Virus record (IMG/VR): IMGVR_UViG_3300012203_000001
Span: 1,085-65,084 of that record
DNA from: a virus
Lineage: Duplodnaviria; Caudoviricetes
Reading direction: 5' to 3' (one strand)
DNA: 64,000 bases
Part shown: piece by piece, positions 54,652 to 63,973 of the stretch
How positions within the stretch are numbered: the first letter of the stretch is position 1
Layout: every line of letters starts with the position of its first letter
Notes under the pieces: model-generated
What the model was told of the DNA's origin: nothing
Database searches by the model: none
What the model saw: only the letters and a program-made list of their open reading frames with translations
Program-made: the position numbers and the translations under genes

Positions 54652-54727
54652 TTGTCTCGAACCCGGCCCATTCCGCAGCTATCCCAAAGCCGTTGATGCC
54701 GGTGAAAAGCGCTAGGTGAGTTAGCAT
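53795..54727 (-). CDS. DNA cytosine-5 methyltransferase, alpha frame (motifs I-VIII and X)
   Basis: LFTGINGF, EID, GDI, AGVPCQP.S.AGKR.G..D.R.LW, ENP, H.R.RVF, RLKALGNSV. Confidence 0.92.
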   Translation of the reverse strand: MLTHLALFTGINGFGIAAEWAGFETIGFSEIDPYCCKLLNEKWTNIRNWGDITRADFSLLRGRVDVLSAGVPCQPASLAGKRRGASDDRWLWPATCDVVESVQPAWCIFENPDGILSLGEFAGVLSRLGALRYAVRAFRVPASALGAGHQRYRVFTVAYNNSAERWPRESGGHVDNGQEAGWEQSSNGSTAHDQVGVVTDSANGGIRRRQSQGEPGQFARSCETNGHAFGSVLEERQSFIEHCRAQFPATQRTGDKQHCLRGFWYAEPALCGGVPRIPNRSHRLKALGNSVCPFQAYPFFEAIAQAENRE

Positions 54728-55176
54728 TAGAACAACCCAAAATGTTTGCCGGTTAGATCCCGCGCTTCCTCGTACGAGTGCGGGATATAGACCGTGTGGC
54801 CGAGGATCGCCAATGATTCCATCACATCGCGCTGATCTTCCGAGATTACGCCAGTCTCGGTCTTAAATTCGAGGAAGAGCACCTTGGCGATCGGTCCGAA
54901 GATTGTAAAGTCCGGCCAGCCTGGCGGCAGCGTAGATCGTTTGTTAGGGTTCGCGTAAATGTATCTCAAGCGCATCCTGTAGAGGAACCCCTTAAAAAGA
55001 TTATGCATATCGATCTCGGCCCGGTGATCCTGTTTGTGTGCCGATTCGGACGGCGTTAGACCAGCTTTACCGAACTGTTTCCGGTCTTGTTCTTGCATTA
55101 GCTTGAGAACATTGGAGCGAATAATTGGCATAGTGTCAGTAAGGATCGCAGAGAGTGATGTATAGGAAAACAGCAA
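54727..55176 (-). CDS. VRR-NUC domain nuclease
   Basis: PGWPDF.......FLEFK...G..S..Q; true start probably at 55130. Confidence 0.8.
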   Translation of the reverse strand: MLFSYTSLSAILTDTMPIIRSNVLKLMQEQDRKQFGKAGLTPSESAHKQDHRAEIDMHNLFKGFLYRMRLRYIYANPNKRSTLPPGWPDFTIFGPIAKVLFLEFKTETGVISEDQRDVMESLAILGHTVYIPHSYEEARDLTGKHFGLF

Positions 55177-55809
55177 CCAAATATAAGATCACCAGTACAG
55201 CAACAGCAACCAGTGTCATGGCAACGTTTTTCATAGCGCATGCAGAAAAATCATAATTGTCGCTATGAGCGCGAGAAACGCGGCAACGTACCCGAAATGT
55301 ACCCAAAGAAAGTCAAGGATGCGTTTCATTTGTGTAGCAACAGTTCTTTTTGTTTCAGTAGTAATAAGCACTGGTCGCAAATGCCGTGCGTAACATCCGT
55401 GCGCGATAAATCGTGTTCATGTGTAACCCTGATTACAGGCTGATTCCCTTTGTGTATCCCAGCCCAGTCAGCACAGCGAACGATGATCACCGGTCTCGCT
55501 TTCTACGATAGTACGGCGATCGTGAATGAAAGAGCAATCGTTGTGCTTCTCGGTCTTGTTTGTCGGCTTTCGCCATCTGAATGGCCGCGCCGGCCAGCAC
55601 GGCGAAGCCTGTCATAACGAGGATGATAAGGATGAAAAATATTTCCATAGCTAGTTTTGCGAGTGTTCGTAGTTGTGTTGTTTAGTTTTAACCTTGTTCA
55701 TGATCGGCACGGCGTTAAGCCAAAGTCGGCGTTCGACGAATCGGCCAAGGCGGTAGAAGAAATAGGCGCCGAAAAGGAACAGGAGAAATGAGATCAGGGG
55801 TTCCATTTG

Positions 55810-56976
55810 TCATTCGAGTTGTTTTACCGTTGCCGTTCCATTTACGCGCTTGAGCGATGGCTTGTTCTGCTTGGTTTCGATAAGGCCATCCATAAGTTTA
55901 TCGAACGCTTCACGCACCTCTTTCGGGTCGCGGTTAAAGTTTTGCGCATAAATCTTTTGGTATGCTGCCGGAGTATGGGTCTTCAATTTGTCGACCTCCG
56001 AATACCTGTCGGAACCGTCCATAATAAACAATTCACGCATTCGGGATTTTGCAGCCGCAACGTCCATAAACTTTCGGTTCTCCGCGCCCGGAACCATTGC
56101 GTACCCGGTGATCTTGAGCGTTGGCGGGTTGGCTAAGAGGCCGGCCTCGCAGTACGCTTTGAATTCGTCCAGGTAATCTCTGATTACGTCGATTGAGTCC
56201 AGACTTTCAGCTAGGCGACGCGGGTCATGTGAAATCGCGCTTGCCCGCGTCTTTGTGATGGGCGCCAGCAAGTCTTTGGCCGCCTGGCATATCAATAGTG
56301 CCGGACAATAGTTGCACGCGTCTGGGTGCGGTGTGAGCGCGGCGTTAGGCCGTTCCAATTGGACCAGCATATCAACGATCCAGTTGTAAATGTCGCGGAG
56401 CTCACCCCAGGAGAACTCAGTCTCGAAGACCCCGAAGGGGATCGTAACGAGTTGGACGATAAAGCGTTGTGGCCGGATACCTGCTTCCGCTAGCGCCATC
56501 GCTACCAATACCGCCTCGACTCTGGACTGGCTGTTTAGCCTTACAGGGTCCGGCTCGCGCCAGCCTGTTTTAAAATTGATCGTTAAGGCGGTATTATCGT
56601 TATAAACCGTGCGATCAAATCGGCAGGAAACCGAAAGGCTTGATTTCTTGGTATTAAACCACAGGCGGCGCTCGACCAAAACATTGCGCGCGGTTCCTTC
56701 GCCAAAGATGCGATCTTCCTGTTCGTCGGCTCGCGCCTTGAGTGCTTCGGCATCTGCAAGTGTGTCTGGCTCAAGCTCCACGCTTTCACCGGCTAACCAC
56801 GCATGGATCTTTGTGCCTCGATCCGCATCTTTCCCGCCAATGTGCGCCACCTGCCCGAGCCGGCGTGCCTCCTGTTCCATTTGAAACGAGCCCTTGCAAA
56901 GATCGTACCTCGGGAATGCGCTTGCCGATGGCATATTTCTCCGCTCATCAATAGGTTGTTCAATAACATCGCTCAT
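55810..56976 (-). CDS. PD-(D/E)xK Cas4-like exonuclease (DUF2800-like)
   Basis: SAS......C.GS, A..GT.IH, E.RL, FKTG, C.YCPA...C. Confidence 0.8.
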   Translation of the reverse strand: MSDVIEQPIDERRNMPSASAFPRYDLCKGSFQMEQEARRLGQVAHIGGKDADRGTKIHAWLAGESVELEPDTLADAEALKARADEQEDRIFGEGTARNVLVERRLWFNTKKSSLSVSCRFDRTVYNDNTALTINFKTGWREPDPVRLNSQSRVEAVLVAMALAEAGIRPQRFIVQLVTIPFGVFETEFSWGELRDIYNWIVDMLVQLERPNAALTPHPDACNYCPALLICQAAKDLLAPITKTRASAISHDPRRLAESLDSIDVIRDYLDEFKAYCEAGLLANPPTLKITGYAMVPGAENRKFMDVAAAKSRMRELFIMDGSDRYSEVDKLKTHTPAAYQKIYAQNFNRDPKEVREAFDKLMDGLIETKQNKPSLKRVNGTATVKQLE

Positions 56977-57045
56977 AAAAAGTGTGCGTCGCTGGTTGAT
57001 CAATCCTCTCGCCGGCGACGCTGCGGCGTGCTGGTCCCAGAAGGG

Positions 57046-57552
57046 CTAGAACGGAATGTTATCTGGTTCGAGGGAGTCCAGATCCGGGTCGTGCGGCCGG
57101 CTTGGCAATACTGACGCGCTCATCGCGTTGGGCCGGCGCGTAACTTCCTTGGTTGGCCGGATATCGGTCGCAAACACGTAATACCCGATCTTATTGACTT
57201 CCTTCCCGGCCAGCTTGCCTTGCTGTGCGATCTCAATCTTGATGCGCGCGCGGCCCTTGGCTCCGACGAGCTTATTCCATGCGGGTTCCTGGCCAATTGC
57301 CGGTGCGCGTCCGCATGCCTTAAGGAACTGCGCGATCTTGTCGAATGGTTCACCGTGCTTGTCGGTGCCTGCGGATGGATTATCATAGATGTGGGCTTTC
57401 TCAGGGCCTACTTGCAGTTTCAATGGCAGCACATCATTACCTTTGGTTGATTCGTACGGTTCACCGGCCTCGAGGACCGTGAAATCATAGGTGCCTTCAG
57501 GTATTGGTCCAAAGACGGGTGCTGGTGCTGGCTCGTTGTATTTATAGGACAT
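57046..57552 (-). CDS. Phage ssDNA-binding protein (DUF669-like)
   Basis: IPEG.Y......S.KGN..L.L and acidic C-terminus DNIPF. Confidence 0.75.
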   Translation of the reverse strand: MSYKYNEPAPAPVFGPIPEGTYDFTVLEAGEPYESTKGNDVLPLKLQVGPEKAHIYDNPSAGTDKHGEPFDKIAQFLKACGRAPAIGQEPAWNKLVGAKGRARIKIEIAQQGKLAGKEVNKIGYYVFATDIRPTKEVTRRPNAMSASVLPSRPHDPDLDSLEPDNIPF

Positions 57553-57589
57553 AGGTGTTGGTGGTTTTTAGAAGTGAATGCAGTTAGTG

Positions 57590-58438
57590 TTATTTGGCGT
57601 AAAACTCTCTTACGGCGTCCTCAAGTGCTTGCCATTCAAGTGGCATGCTGTCAGGGAGATTAAAGCGGTTTTTAGCCTCGTACCCTGTGGCTGGCGTGGT
57701 CCTGATAATGCGCTCACCGCTCATTACGCCCTTCCCCTTACGGTCCGCAGGGCGGTTTTTCTGGAGCTCGATATCCATCGAGGCGAACAGGATGTTGTCT
57801 ACCATTTCGCGCAGGACATCGGCCGACTTATCGTGCAGCTTGATTTTCCAGACATCGTAGGGTGCGGTTAGTGTCGGATCGGTGAAGGATTTAACATGTG
57901 CGTGCGCGAGGATAATAACGTTGAAACGTTCGCTCATGTCGGAGAGTTGGGTTAGTAACCCGCGCCATGTGCTTCGCGCCGCTGTGTACCCGTCGCCATA
58001 CTTAGGTTCCTCGATTGATTGCACCTTCTTTTTGGCGCATACCCGGGCCCACACGAGCGCCTCGAGGGCGTCGGCCGTATCGATTACGATTGTCTGGTAG
58101 GGATGATCCTCAGTGTCGAGCGTAAGGAGCTGTTTCCAGAACTCTTCGAACGTGCGCGGCGTCGGGAAGGATTCGACATCCAGTTGATCAATTGAGCGTT
58201 CAACCGGGATAAAGATTGGTCGTGGCGATTTACTGGCAAACGTTGATTTGCCGATTCCTGGCGCGCCGTAAAGCAGCGTCATAATCGGCCGGACACGTTT
58301 CCCGGTTCGAATATGGGAGAGCAGGCTTGGTTGCTCGGGTTTCCGTGTCTCCTCAGCCGCTTGCGCGGTAAACGGGTTCTCGTCGGTTTGAGTTTGGGAA
58401 TTGGTTGGCGGCTCGGCGACCGCAATAGGGTTACTCAT
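57590..58438 (-). CDS. Sak4-like AAA recombination ATPase
   Basis: LYGAPGIGKSTFA, TIVIDT.D.LE, YG.GY, AH, AKNR..LP. Confidence 0.9.
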   Translation of the reverse strand: MSNPIAVAEPPTNSQTQTDENPFTAQAAEETRKPEQPSLLSHIRTGKRVRPIMTLLYGAPGIGKSTFASKSPRPIFIPVERSIDQLDVESFPTPRTFEEFWKQLLTLDTEDHPYQTIVIDTADALEALVWARVCAKKKVQSIEEPKYGDGYTAARSTWRGLLTQLSDMSERFNVIILAHAHVKSFTDPTLTAPYDVWKIKLHDKSADVLREMVDNILFASMDIELQKNRPADRKGKGVMSGERIIRTTPATGYEAKNRFNLPDSMPLEWQALEDAVREFYAK

Positions 58439-58534
58439 TTTAATAAAGTTTATTGTTGTATGGTACGGCACAGTAAAGTACTTTGCGCCATGGTCAACGG
58501 AAAAGAAAAAAAATCTTTGAGAGAAAAGTTTTAC

Positions 58535-58747
58535 ATGCGTTCCGGCCTCGCTAAACAGCTCGGCATTCAGAATTCAGCCGTCGATCGGCTGATGCTTCGG
58601 GACATTATCGTGCCGGATGCGTGGGTGATCCTTACATCGTCACTGGAGCAACCGCTCTTTAATGCGGACCGGCTCGTAGAAATCAGAGCGGATGTTGAAA
58701 CCCACTATGCACACCTGGAAGCGGCTCGGCTGCAGTTTGCCAAGTAA
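58535..58747 (+). CDS. Small DNA-binding protein (excisionase/MerR-like)
   Basis: LAKQLGI...V.R......I.PD......PLF; first rightward gene after the divergent intergenic region. Confidence 0.5.
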   Translation: MRSGLAKQLGIQNSAVDRLMLRDIIVPDAWVILTSSLEQPLFNADRLVEIRADVETHYAHLEAARLQFAK

Positions 58748-58764
58748 AAATATGAAAGCTTGCC

Positions 58765-60186
58765 ATGAACAATGGAAACGAGCAGCCGACGCCGATGCCG
58801 TGCAGCGAAGATGGGGAACGCGGGTTGCTTTGTTCTTTGATTTTAGCGCCGGACAAAGTCCACAAGGCTTGTGCGGCCGTGTTACGGACTGAAGCGTTTT
58901 ACATTCCTGCGCACCGTTTGATTTACGAAGCGATCGCCGAGTGGACGCACCCGGAACGGGAGGTCGATTTTCTGTGGCTTATTGAGACGCTTCGAGGCCA
59001 AGGAAAACTAGAGGAGGCAGGTGGCAAAGTCTATTTAAGCGAGCTCTGGGACTTTGTAAAAACGGATGCGAACCACGAGTTTTATTTGGGCCGAGTACTG
59101 GACACTTACTACCGGCGGGAAGGCATTATAGCCGGCAAGGAATGGGTCAATAATCTGTATGACACAAAAACGGAGTGTAGCGCATCGATCCCTATTTTCG
59201 AACGGAAACTAGCAAGAGTTACTCAAGGGATAGCCAATGCGCGCAACGATTCGCTTTTGGAATGTCTCTGTGCTGGAACATGCACAAGTGATGCGCTGGT
59301 GGCGCTTGACCCGATCCCGCGTATTCCAGTGATAGACGACTGGTGTTGCGCCGCCGATCTCGGGTACATCTTCGCGGCCCGCGGATTGGGCAAGACATGG
59401 CTGGCGATGCACCTCGCACACGGCGTTGCCGTGAAGCAGAAAGTAGGTCCCTGGCCCATCCACAAGCAATTGAAGGTATTGTACCTGGATGGCGAGATGC
59501 CAGCGGCTGAGATCAAACGGCGCGATTACGCGCTTGGAGCACCAACGGACGCTTTAGCGTACATCAATCACGAGATTCTTTTCGAACGCACCGGAAAAGT
59601 CATGAATCTCGCTGACCCTGAGTTTCAGGAGGCAACCATTACCATGTGCCGTGTCAAAGGGTTCGAGATGCTCTGCATGGATAACCTTTCAACCTTGGCC
59701 AGCGGCATCGACGAAAACAAGACGATCGATTGGGAGCTCATCCAACCGTGGCTATTGCGGCTTCGTCGGGAACGAATCACGGTCATTTTCATTCATCACG
59801 CCGGCCGTAATAACGAGATGCGCGGGGTTTCCAAGCGCGAGGATCCGGCCAGTTGGATCTTGCGCCTTGACGAGCCAAACGACGCCAGTGACCAGAAAGG
59901 CGCCCATTTTATCAGCCGGTTCACGAAATGGCGCAACGCGATGCGCCAGCCGCGGACTTACGAATGGATCTATTCGCCAGGCGATAACGGGGAAACCCTT
60001 GTTGAAGTCAAAGAAGCGTCCTCAATCGAGATCTTTAAACGCCTGATAGAGAACGGGCTCGATACCTGCACAATGTTGGCCGACGAGATGAACGTTTCGG
60101 CTGGGTACGTCAGTCAGTTGGCTACGCAGGGCGAGAAAGAAGGGTGGCTGGCTAAAAAGTCGCGAAAGTACGTGATCACAAACTAA
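58765..60186 (+). CDS. Replicative helicase: DnaB N-terminal domain + RepA/AAA_25-type ATPase + C-terminal wHTH
   Basis: P.S.D.E..LL..L, FY..AH..IY.AI, L...G.LE..GG..YL; AARGLGKT, VLYLDGEM, DNLS.L, HHAG.....RG.S.RED. Confidence 0.85.
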   Translation: MNNGNEQPTPMPCSEDGERGLLCSLILAPDKVHKACAAVLRTEAFYIPAHRLIYEAIAEWTHPEREVDFLWLIETLRGQGKLEEAGGKVYLSELWDFVKTDANHEFYLGRVLDTYYRREGIIAGKEWVNNLYDTKTECSASIPIFERKLARVTQGIANARNDSLLECLCAGTCTSDALVALDPIPRIPVIDDWCCAADLGYIFAARGLGKTWLAMHLAHGVAVKQKVGPWPIHKQLKVLYLDGEMPAAEIKRRDYALGAPTDALAYINHEILFERTGKVMNLADPEFQEATITMCRVKGFEMLCMDNLSTLASGIDENKTIDWELIQPWLLRLRRERITVIFIHHAGRNNEMRGVSKREDPASWILRLDEPNDASDQKGAHFISRFTKWRNAMRQPRTYEWIYSPGDNGETLVEVKEASSIEIFKRLIENGLDTCTMLADEMNVSAGYVSQLATQGEKEGWLAKKSRKYVITN

Positions 60187-60224
60187 ATGGAAAACTAAAT
60201 AGTTGGTAAACGACAGAGGAAAGA

Positions 60225-60647
60225 ATGAGTAAACAAAGCAAAAACGAGCTTAAAATGAATTCAGATGACCAGTTAAAGTGCGCCTATTGCGGAGCGCGAA
60301 TTGTACCAAAAATACTTCCTTATCGAACAGATACGGGACTCAGGCCGATCGACATCTTTAAAGCCTTAGTAAGGGATGGAATGAATACTTGCTCAGAGAT
60401 CGCGGCCGCAATGAACGTGACAGGAGGGCGCGTAAGTCAGTTGGCGACTCGCGCTGAAAATGAAGGGTGGATTAAGAAAAAAAAGCGCAAATATTTATTT
60501 ACTGATTATCAACGACTTATAAAAGCTCGTTTGGTAGAGCAATCTCATCAAGTGGCTAAGAATCAAGGAGTTACAAAATGTGAAGACGAAGATTCGTTTG
60601 ATTATGAGGGTTGGTTAAGTAAGTTTTTTACTAGCGCAAGTGTCTAA
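60225..60647 (+). CDS. wHTH protein paralogous to the helicase C-terminus
   Basis: 28/49 identical residues to the end of 58765..60186. Confidence 0.65.
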   Translation: MSKQSKNELKMNSDDQLKCAYCGARIVPKILPYRTDTGLRPIDIFKALVRDGMNTCSEIAAAMNVTGGRVSQLATRAENEGWIKKKKRKYLFTDYQRLIKARLVEQSHQVAKNQGVTKCEDEDSFDYEGWLSKFFTSASV

Positions 60648-60687
60648 TATAAAGGTACTTACGCAAAAAAAATGGCCTAAAAACGCA

Positions 60688-60727
60688 CTCCTTTAGTAGT
60701 ATGCATGTAACAGCATACTAAAAGGAG
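60688..60727. repeat. Imperfect inverted repeat (origin element or terminator)
   Basis: CTCCTTTAGTAGTATGC-ATGTAACA-GCATACTAAAAGGAG. Confidence 0.6.
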
Positions 60728-60975
60728 CGATCGGGCCTTGCCGTTAAGCGAGGTTTTAAGAAGCTCATGAGCCGCTGGAAAAAATGCTCCGTCCAAACCT
60801 GTTTGCGCGTCGCTGAGGGTCGCTCCGGGTTATGCCAGCCGCATTATCGGCGCCTGAAACGCGGAAATGGCCTGCACCCGGAAATACCAATCAAAACTCG
60901 CGTAAAGAAAAGCGTAAAACATTATTCTTGATTATGAGAAAGTTTTCGCCGATATGTGGCCCATTACCATAATGT

Positions 60976-61137
60976 ATGGCACGCAGACGAACACTGGCGC
61001 AGCTCTCGGCTTATGTAGATCTGCCCACAAAAAAACAAATCGAGGCGATTGCCAACCGCGATCGCAGGAGTGTTTCGGTGACGTTACAAATGATTATCGA
61101 GAAATTCCTCAACGACGGCGACCGATCGCTCAATTGA
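60976..61137 (+). CDS. Ribbon-helix-helix (Arc/CopG-like) regulator
   Basis: Manual translation MARRRTLAQLSAYVDLPTKKQIEAIANRDRRSVSVTLQMIIEKFL. Confidence 0.7.
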   Translation: MARRRTLAQLSAYVDLPTKKQIEAIANRDRRSVSVTLQMIIEKFLNDGDRSLN

Positions 61138-61191
61138 AAATCGTAAGCTAAGCCTCTGGTGGTGCGTTTGACATGGAGAAAATAAATGGTT

Positions 61192-61243
61192 TGATCGGGC
61201 CGGCCGGATTTGAACCGGCGATCTCTTGAACCCCATTTAAGCG
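61192..61243 (-). other. attP core: 3' half of tRNA-Pro(GGG)
   Basis: Reverse strand CGCTTAAATGGGGTTCAAGAGATCGCCGGTTCAAATCCGGCCGGCCCGATCA = anticodon loop, T arm and 3' acceptor strand; no 5' half; ~60 bp upstream of int. Confidence 0.85.
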
Positions 61244-61302
61244 TTTTTAATGGTTTTTATGCTTGTCGCAAAAACGATAAGAACAATAGCATCTATAGCG
61301 TT

Positions 61303-62136
61303 ATGCAAGCACTGGATCGGTACTTGGATTTTAAATGCCAACGGCTCTCGCCCAACTATTTCCGTGACCTAGCCACAGTCCTCAATGCTTGGTCCCGCGA
61401 TTTTGTATCTCTAGACGTTGTTTCAACCGAATCTCTCCAAACTTGGGCCGATCACAAACGGGAATCCGTCAAGGTGTCTACCGTCGCCGCGTATCTCTTC
61501 TCGATCCGCAAGTTCTTTGACTGGCTGATCGCCGAAAAACTTGTTACCGGCAACAACCCGGCCGTTGGCGTCTTTCTCCCCCGTCACCGCAAACCGTTTC
61601 GGAAAGTCTTCGTCTCTTGCGCCACCGTTAAAATGCTGATCGGCGAGTGCCAGGACCAGGAACTCAAGTATTGCCTCTTCTGTGGATTTCACGCCGGTCT
61701 CCGCTTTAACGAGGTCGTGATGTCACGCCCAGAATGGTTTAGCCTGCCCGAGGCACTCCTCCACGTTACCCGTTCCGAGGACTGGGACACCAAAGATCAC
61801 GAGGATCGCACCATTCCAATCACCGATGATTTCCTCGCGTTCCTTCGCGTGTACGGTCTCCGTGTCCCTTGGATGATCGCGCCAGGGAAGAAGCCGGGCG
61901 GAAGGTCCCGCTACCGGTTCGATTTCGGTCGCCGTTTCGAGAATTACGTAGCCCGCAAAAACGTCCACATGTGCTTCCATGATTGCCGGCGCACATTCGC
62001 CAGTTTGCACGCCACAGCAGGCACGTCGCTACTGAAAATTGCTCATTGGCTCGGTGATGATTACGAGACCGTAGAGCGCCATTACGCCCATCTCGCGCCT
62101 GCGGATATGGAGATCAATCGCGCGTTTTCAGCGTAA
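61303..62136 (+). CDS. int: Tyrosine integrase
   Basis: SAM-like N-domain, HAGLR..E, TK...R.IP, FHDCRRTFAS, WLGD......HY.HL catalytic residues. Confidence 0.92.
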   Translation: MQALDRYLDFKCQRLSPNYFRDLATVLNAWSRDFVSLDVVSTESLQTWADHKRESVKVSTVAAYLFSIRKFFDWLIAEKLVTGNNPAVGVFLPRHRKPFRKVFVSCATVKMLIGECQDQELKYCLFCGFHAGLRFNEVVMSRPEWFSLPEALLHVTRSEDWDTKDHEDRTIPITDDFLAFLRVYGLRVPWMIAPGKKPGGRSRYRFDFGRRFENYVARKNVHMCFHDCRRTFASLHATAGTSLLKIAHWLGDDYETVERHYAHLAPADMEINRAFSA

Positions 62137-62214
62137 CACCTTATCAATGTGTTAAACTGTTTCACGCGAAACATTGTTGCGTTTTACGGCGCTTTGCGTT
62201 AAATCGCCTCTTTA

Positions 62215-63498
62215 GTGTCCACAGTTGTCCAAACGACCTTTCTAGAGCAAGTCCCAATCGCTCAACTGGTTCCGTGTGTTACCAATCCGCGGCTTCATCC
62301 GGAACCCAATGTTGCCAAGCTCATGCAATCGATCCAGGTGTACGGGTGGACCACGCCAATCCTGGTTACTGATGGACTCGAGGTGATCGCTGGCCACGGT
62401 CGGTTATTGGCCGCGCAAAAGCTCGGGATTGAGTTGGTGCCGTGTATCCGGCTTAAGCACCTGACGCCGGCGCTTGTGAAAGCTTATCGAATCGCCGATA
62501 ACCGGCTGACGCTGGATTCGGACTGGGACGATGAACTGCTGGCCAGCGTGATGGCCGATTTACACACTGACCAGGACTTTGATCTGGCGCTTACCGGGTT
62601 TGATCCGGAAGAGATCGGCGACTTTCTCGGGTTCAGCGACCCGCAAGCTGGTGAGGACGATACGCCGGCTATTCAGGAAATCGCGGTGTCGCGGCTGGGC
62701 GATGTCTGGGAGATGGACGGGCACCGGCTGATTTGCGGGGATTGTACGGATGGGGTGGTTGTGTCTGCGGTATTGAATGGCGTGAAACCACTTGTTTTAG
62801 TAAGTGATCCTCCGTATGGCGTGCGATATGATCCAAGTTGGCGCGAGGATTTACCATTTGGTGTAAAACGCGATCAATACATGAATCGTCAAGGCGATGA
62901 GATTAAAGGCGATGAAATAGCTGATTGGTCAGAAGCTTTTAAAATCGTTAGTGCTGACGTTATTTATATTTGGCACGCGCCTGGAGCTCTTTCCATGAAA
63001 GTGATGGCTGGGATTGAACGGATAGGCTACCAAATTCGAGCGACTTTAATTTGGGTTAAGGAGCACGCTGCGCTTTCGCAAGGACACTATAGCTACCAGC
63101 ATGAACCGTGTTGTTATGCCGTGCTTAAAGGAAAAATCGCCAATTGGCACGGTAACGCTTATGAATCATCAGTGATGCACATAAATATGGTGAAAGCGCA
63201 TTCTGGGGAAGATTTTGTTAGTGATCATGGATGCCAAAAGCCTATCGAATGTATGCGGCGCCCAATCGTGAACCACACGGTTCCTAGTGACGCTGTTTAC
63301 GATCCGTTCATGGGCTCTGGCACCACGCTAATTGCCGCCGAGTCAACGCACCGTGTGGCCTACGGCTGCGAGATTGAGCCGCTCTATGTCGATATGGCCG
63401 TCCGCCGCTGGCAAATGTTTACCGGCCACGCAGTGCGATTGTCTGGCGATGGCAGAACCTTCGAGGAGATTCAGGATGCCAGGGGCTCACAAACTTGA
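62215..63498 (+). CDS. ParB-like domain + N6/N4 DNA methyltransferase
   Basis: NPR.H....L..SI..YGW..PIL...AGHGRL.AA, IADNRL; SDPPY, H..QKP, DPFMGSGTT. Confidence 0.92.
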   Translation: MSTVVQTTFLEQVPIAQLVPCVTNPRLHPEPNVAKLMQSIQVYGWTTPILVTDGLEVIAGHGRLLAAQKLGIELVPCIRLKHLTPALVKAYRIADNRLTLDSDWDDELLASVMADLHTDQDFDLALTGFDPEEIGDFLGFSDPQAGEDDTPAIQEIAVSRLGDVWEMDGHRLICGDCTDGVVVSAVLNGVKPLVLVSDPPYGVRYDPSWREDLPFGVKRDQYMNRQGDEIKGDEIADWSEAFKIVSADVIYIWHAPGALSMKVMAGIERIGYQIRATLIWVKEHAALSQGHYSYQHEPCCYAVLKGKIANWHGNAYESSVMHINMVKAHSGEDFVSDHGCQKPIECMRRPIVNHTVPSDAVYDPFMGSGTTLIAAESTHRVAYGCEIEPLYVDMAVRRWQMFTGHAVRLSGDGRTFEEIQDARGSQT

Positions 63499-63973
63499 GC
63501 GAGTAGAACGGTCCCGGCGCATCCTGCAGCTTGAGCGTTTCATTTTCCTCGGGCTTTCGCGCCAGGAGATGGCCGAGCGCCTTGGTGTCAATGAGAAGAC
63601 GGTTCGGCGCGATCTCAAGCATCGCTTGGATCAACTAATCAATGAATCCGAGCGATCCACCGTTTCCTACCGTCAAGCGATTCTTCTTGAGCTCGGTCGC
63701 ACGTATGCCGAAGTGATGAAGGATATGGCTGCGGCCCGCACAAGTGGCCAACCCACGCATCCGTACGCCAATACGCGGGTGGATATTATTCGCGTGATTG
63801 CTAGGGTAACCGGGGCCGAACAACCGATTCAGATCGAACACTCAGGCAGCGTGGAACACCACGTCCATATGGTAACGGAGAGCGAGCTCGCGCGCATGGC
63901 GTCGCTTACCAGGGAGATCGAGTCAGAAGTGATTACTGGGAACGGCCAAGGAAATTCACTAGCGCGTTACTAA
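63476..63973 (+). CDS. Probable terminase small subunit
   Basis: HTH GLSRQEMAERLGVNEKTVRRDL, helical core, IEHSG.V..H...ELAR tail; follows ParB-MTase as terS usually does. Confidence 0.7.
   Translation: MPGAHKLERVERSRRILQLERFIFLGLSRQEMAERLGVNEKTVRRDLKHRLDQLINESERSTVSYRQAILLELGRTYAEVMKDMAAARTSGQPTHPYANTRVDIIRVIARVTGAEQPIQIEHSGSVEHHVHMVTESELARMASLTREIESEVITGNGQGNSLARY

Noticed and set aside
61192-61243. Functional tRNA-Pro gene
   Set aside because: Only the anticodon-to-3' half is present; interpreted as attP
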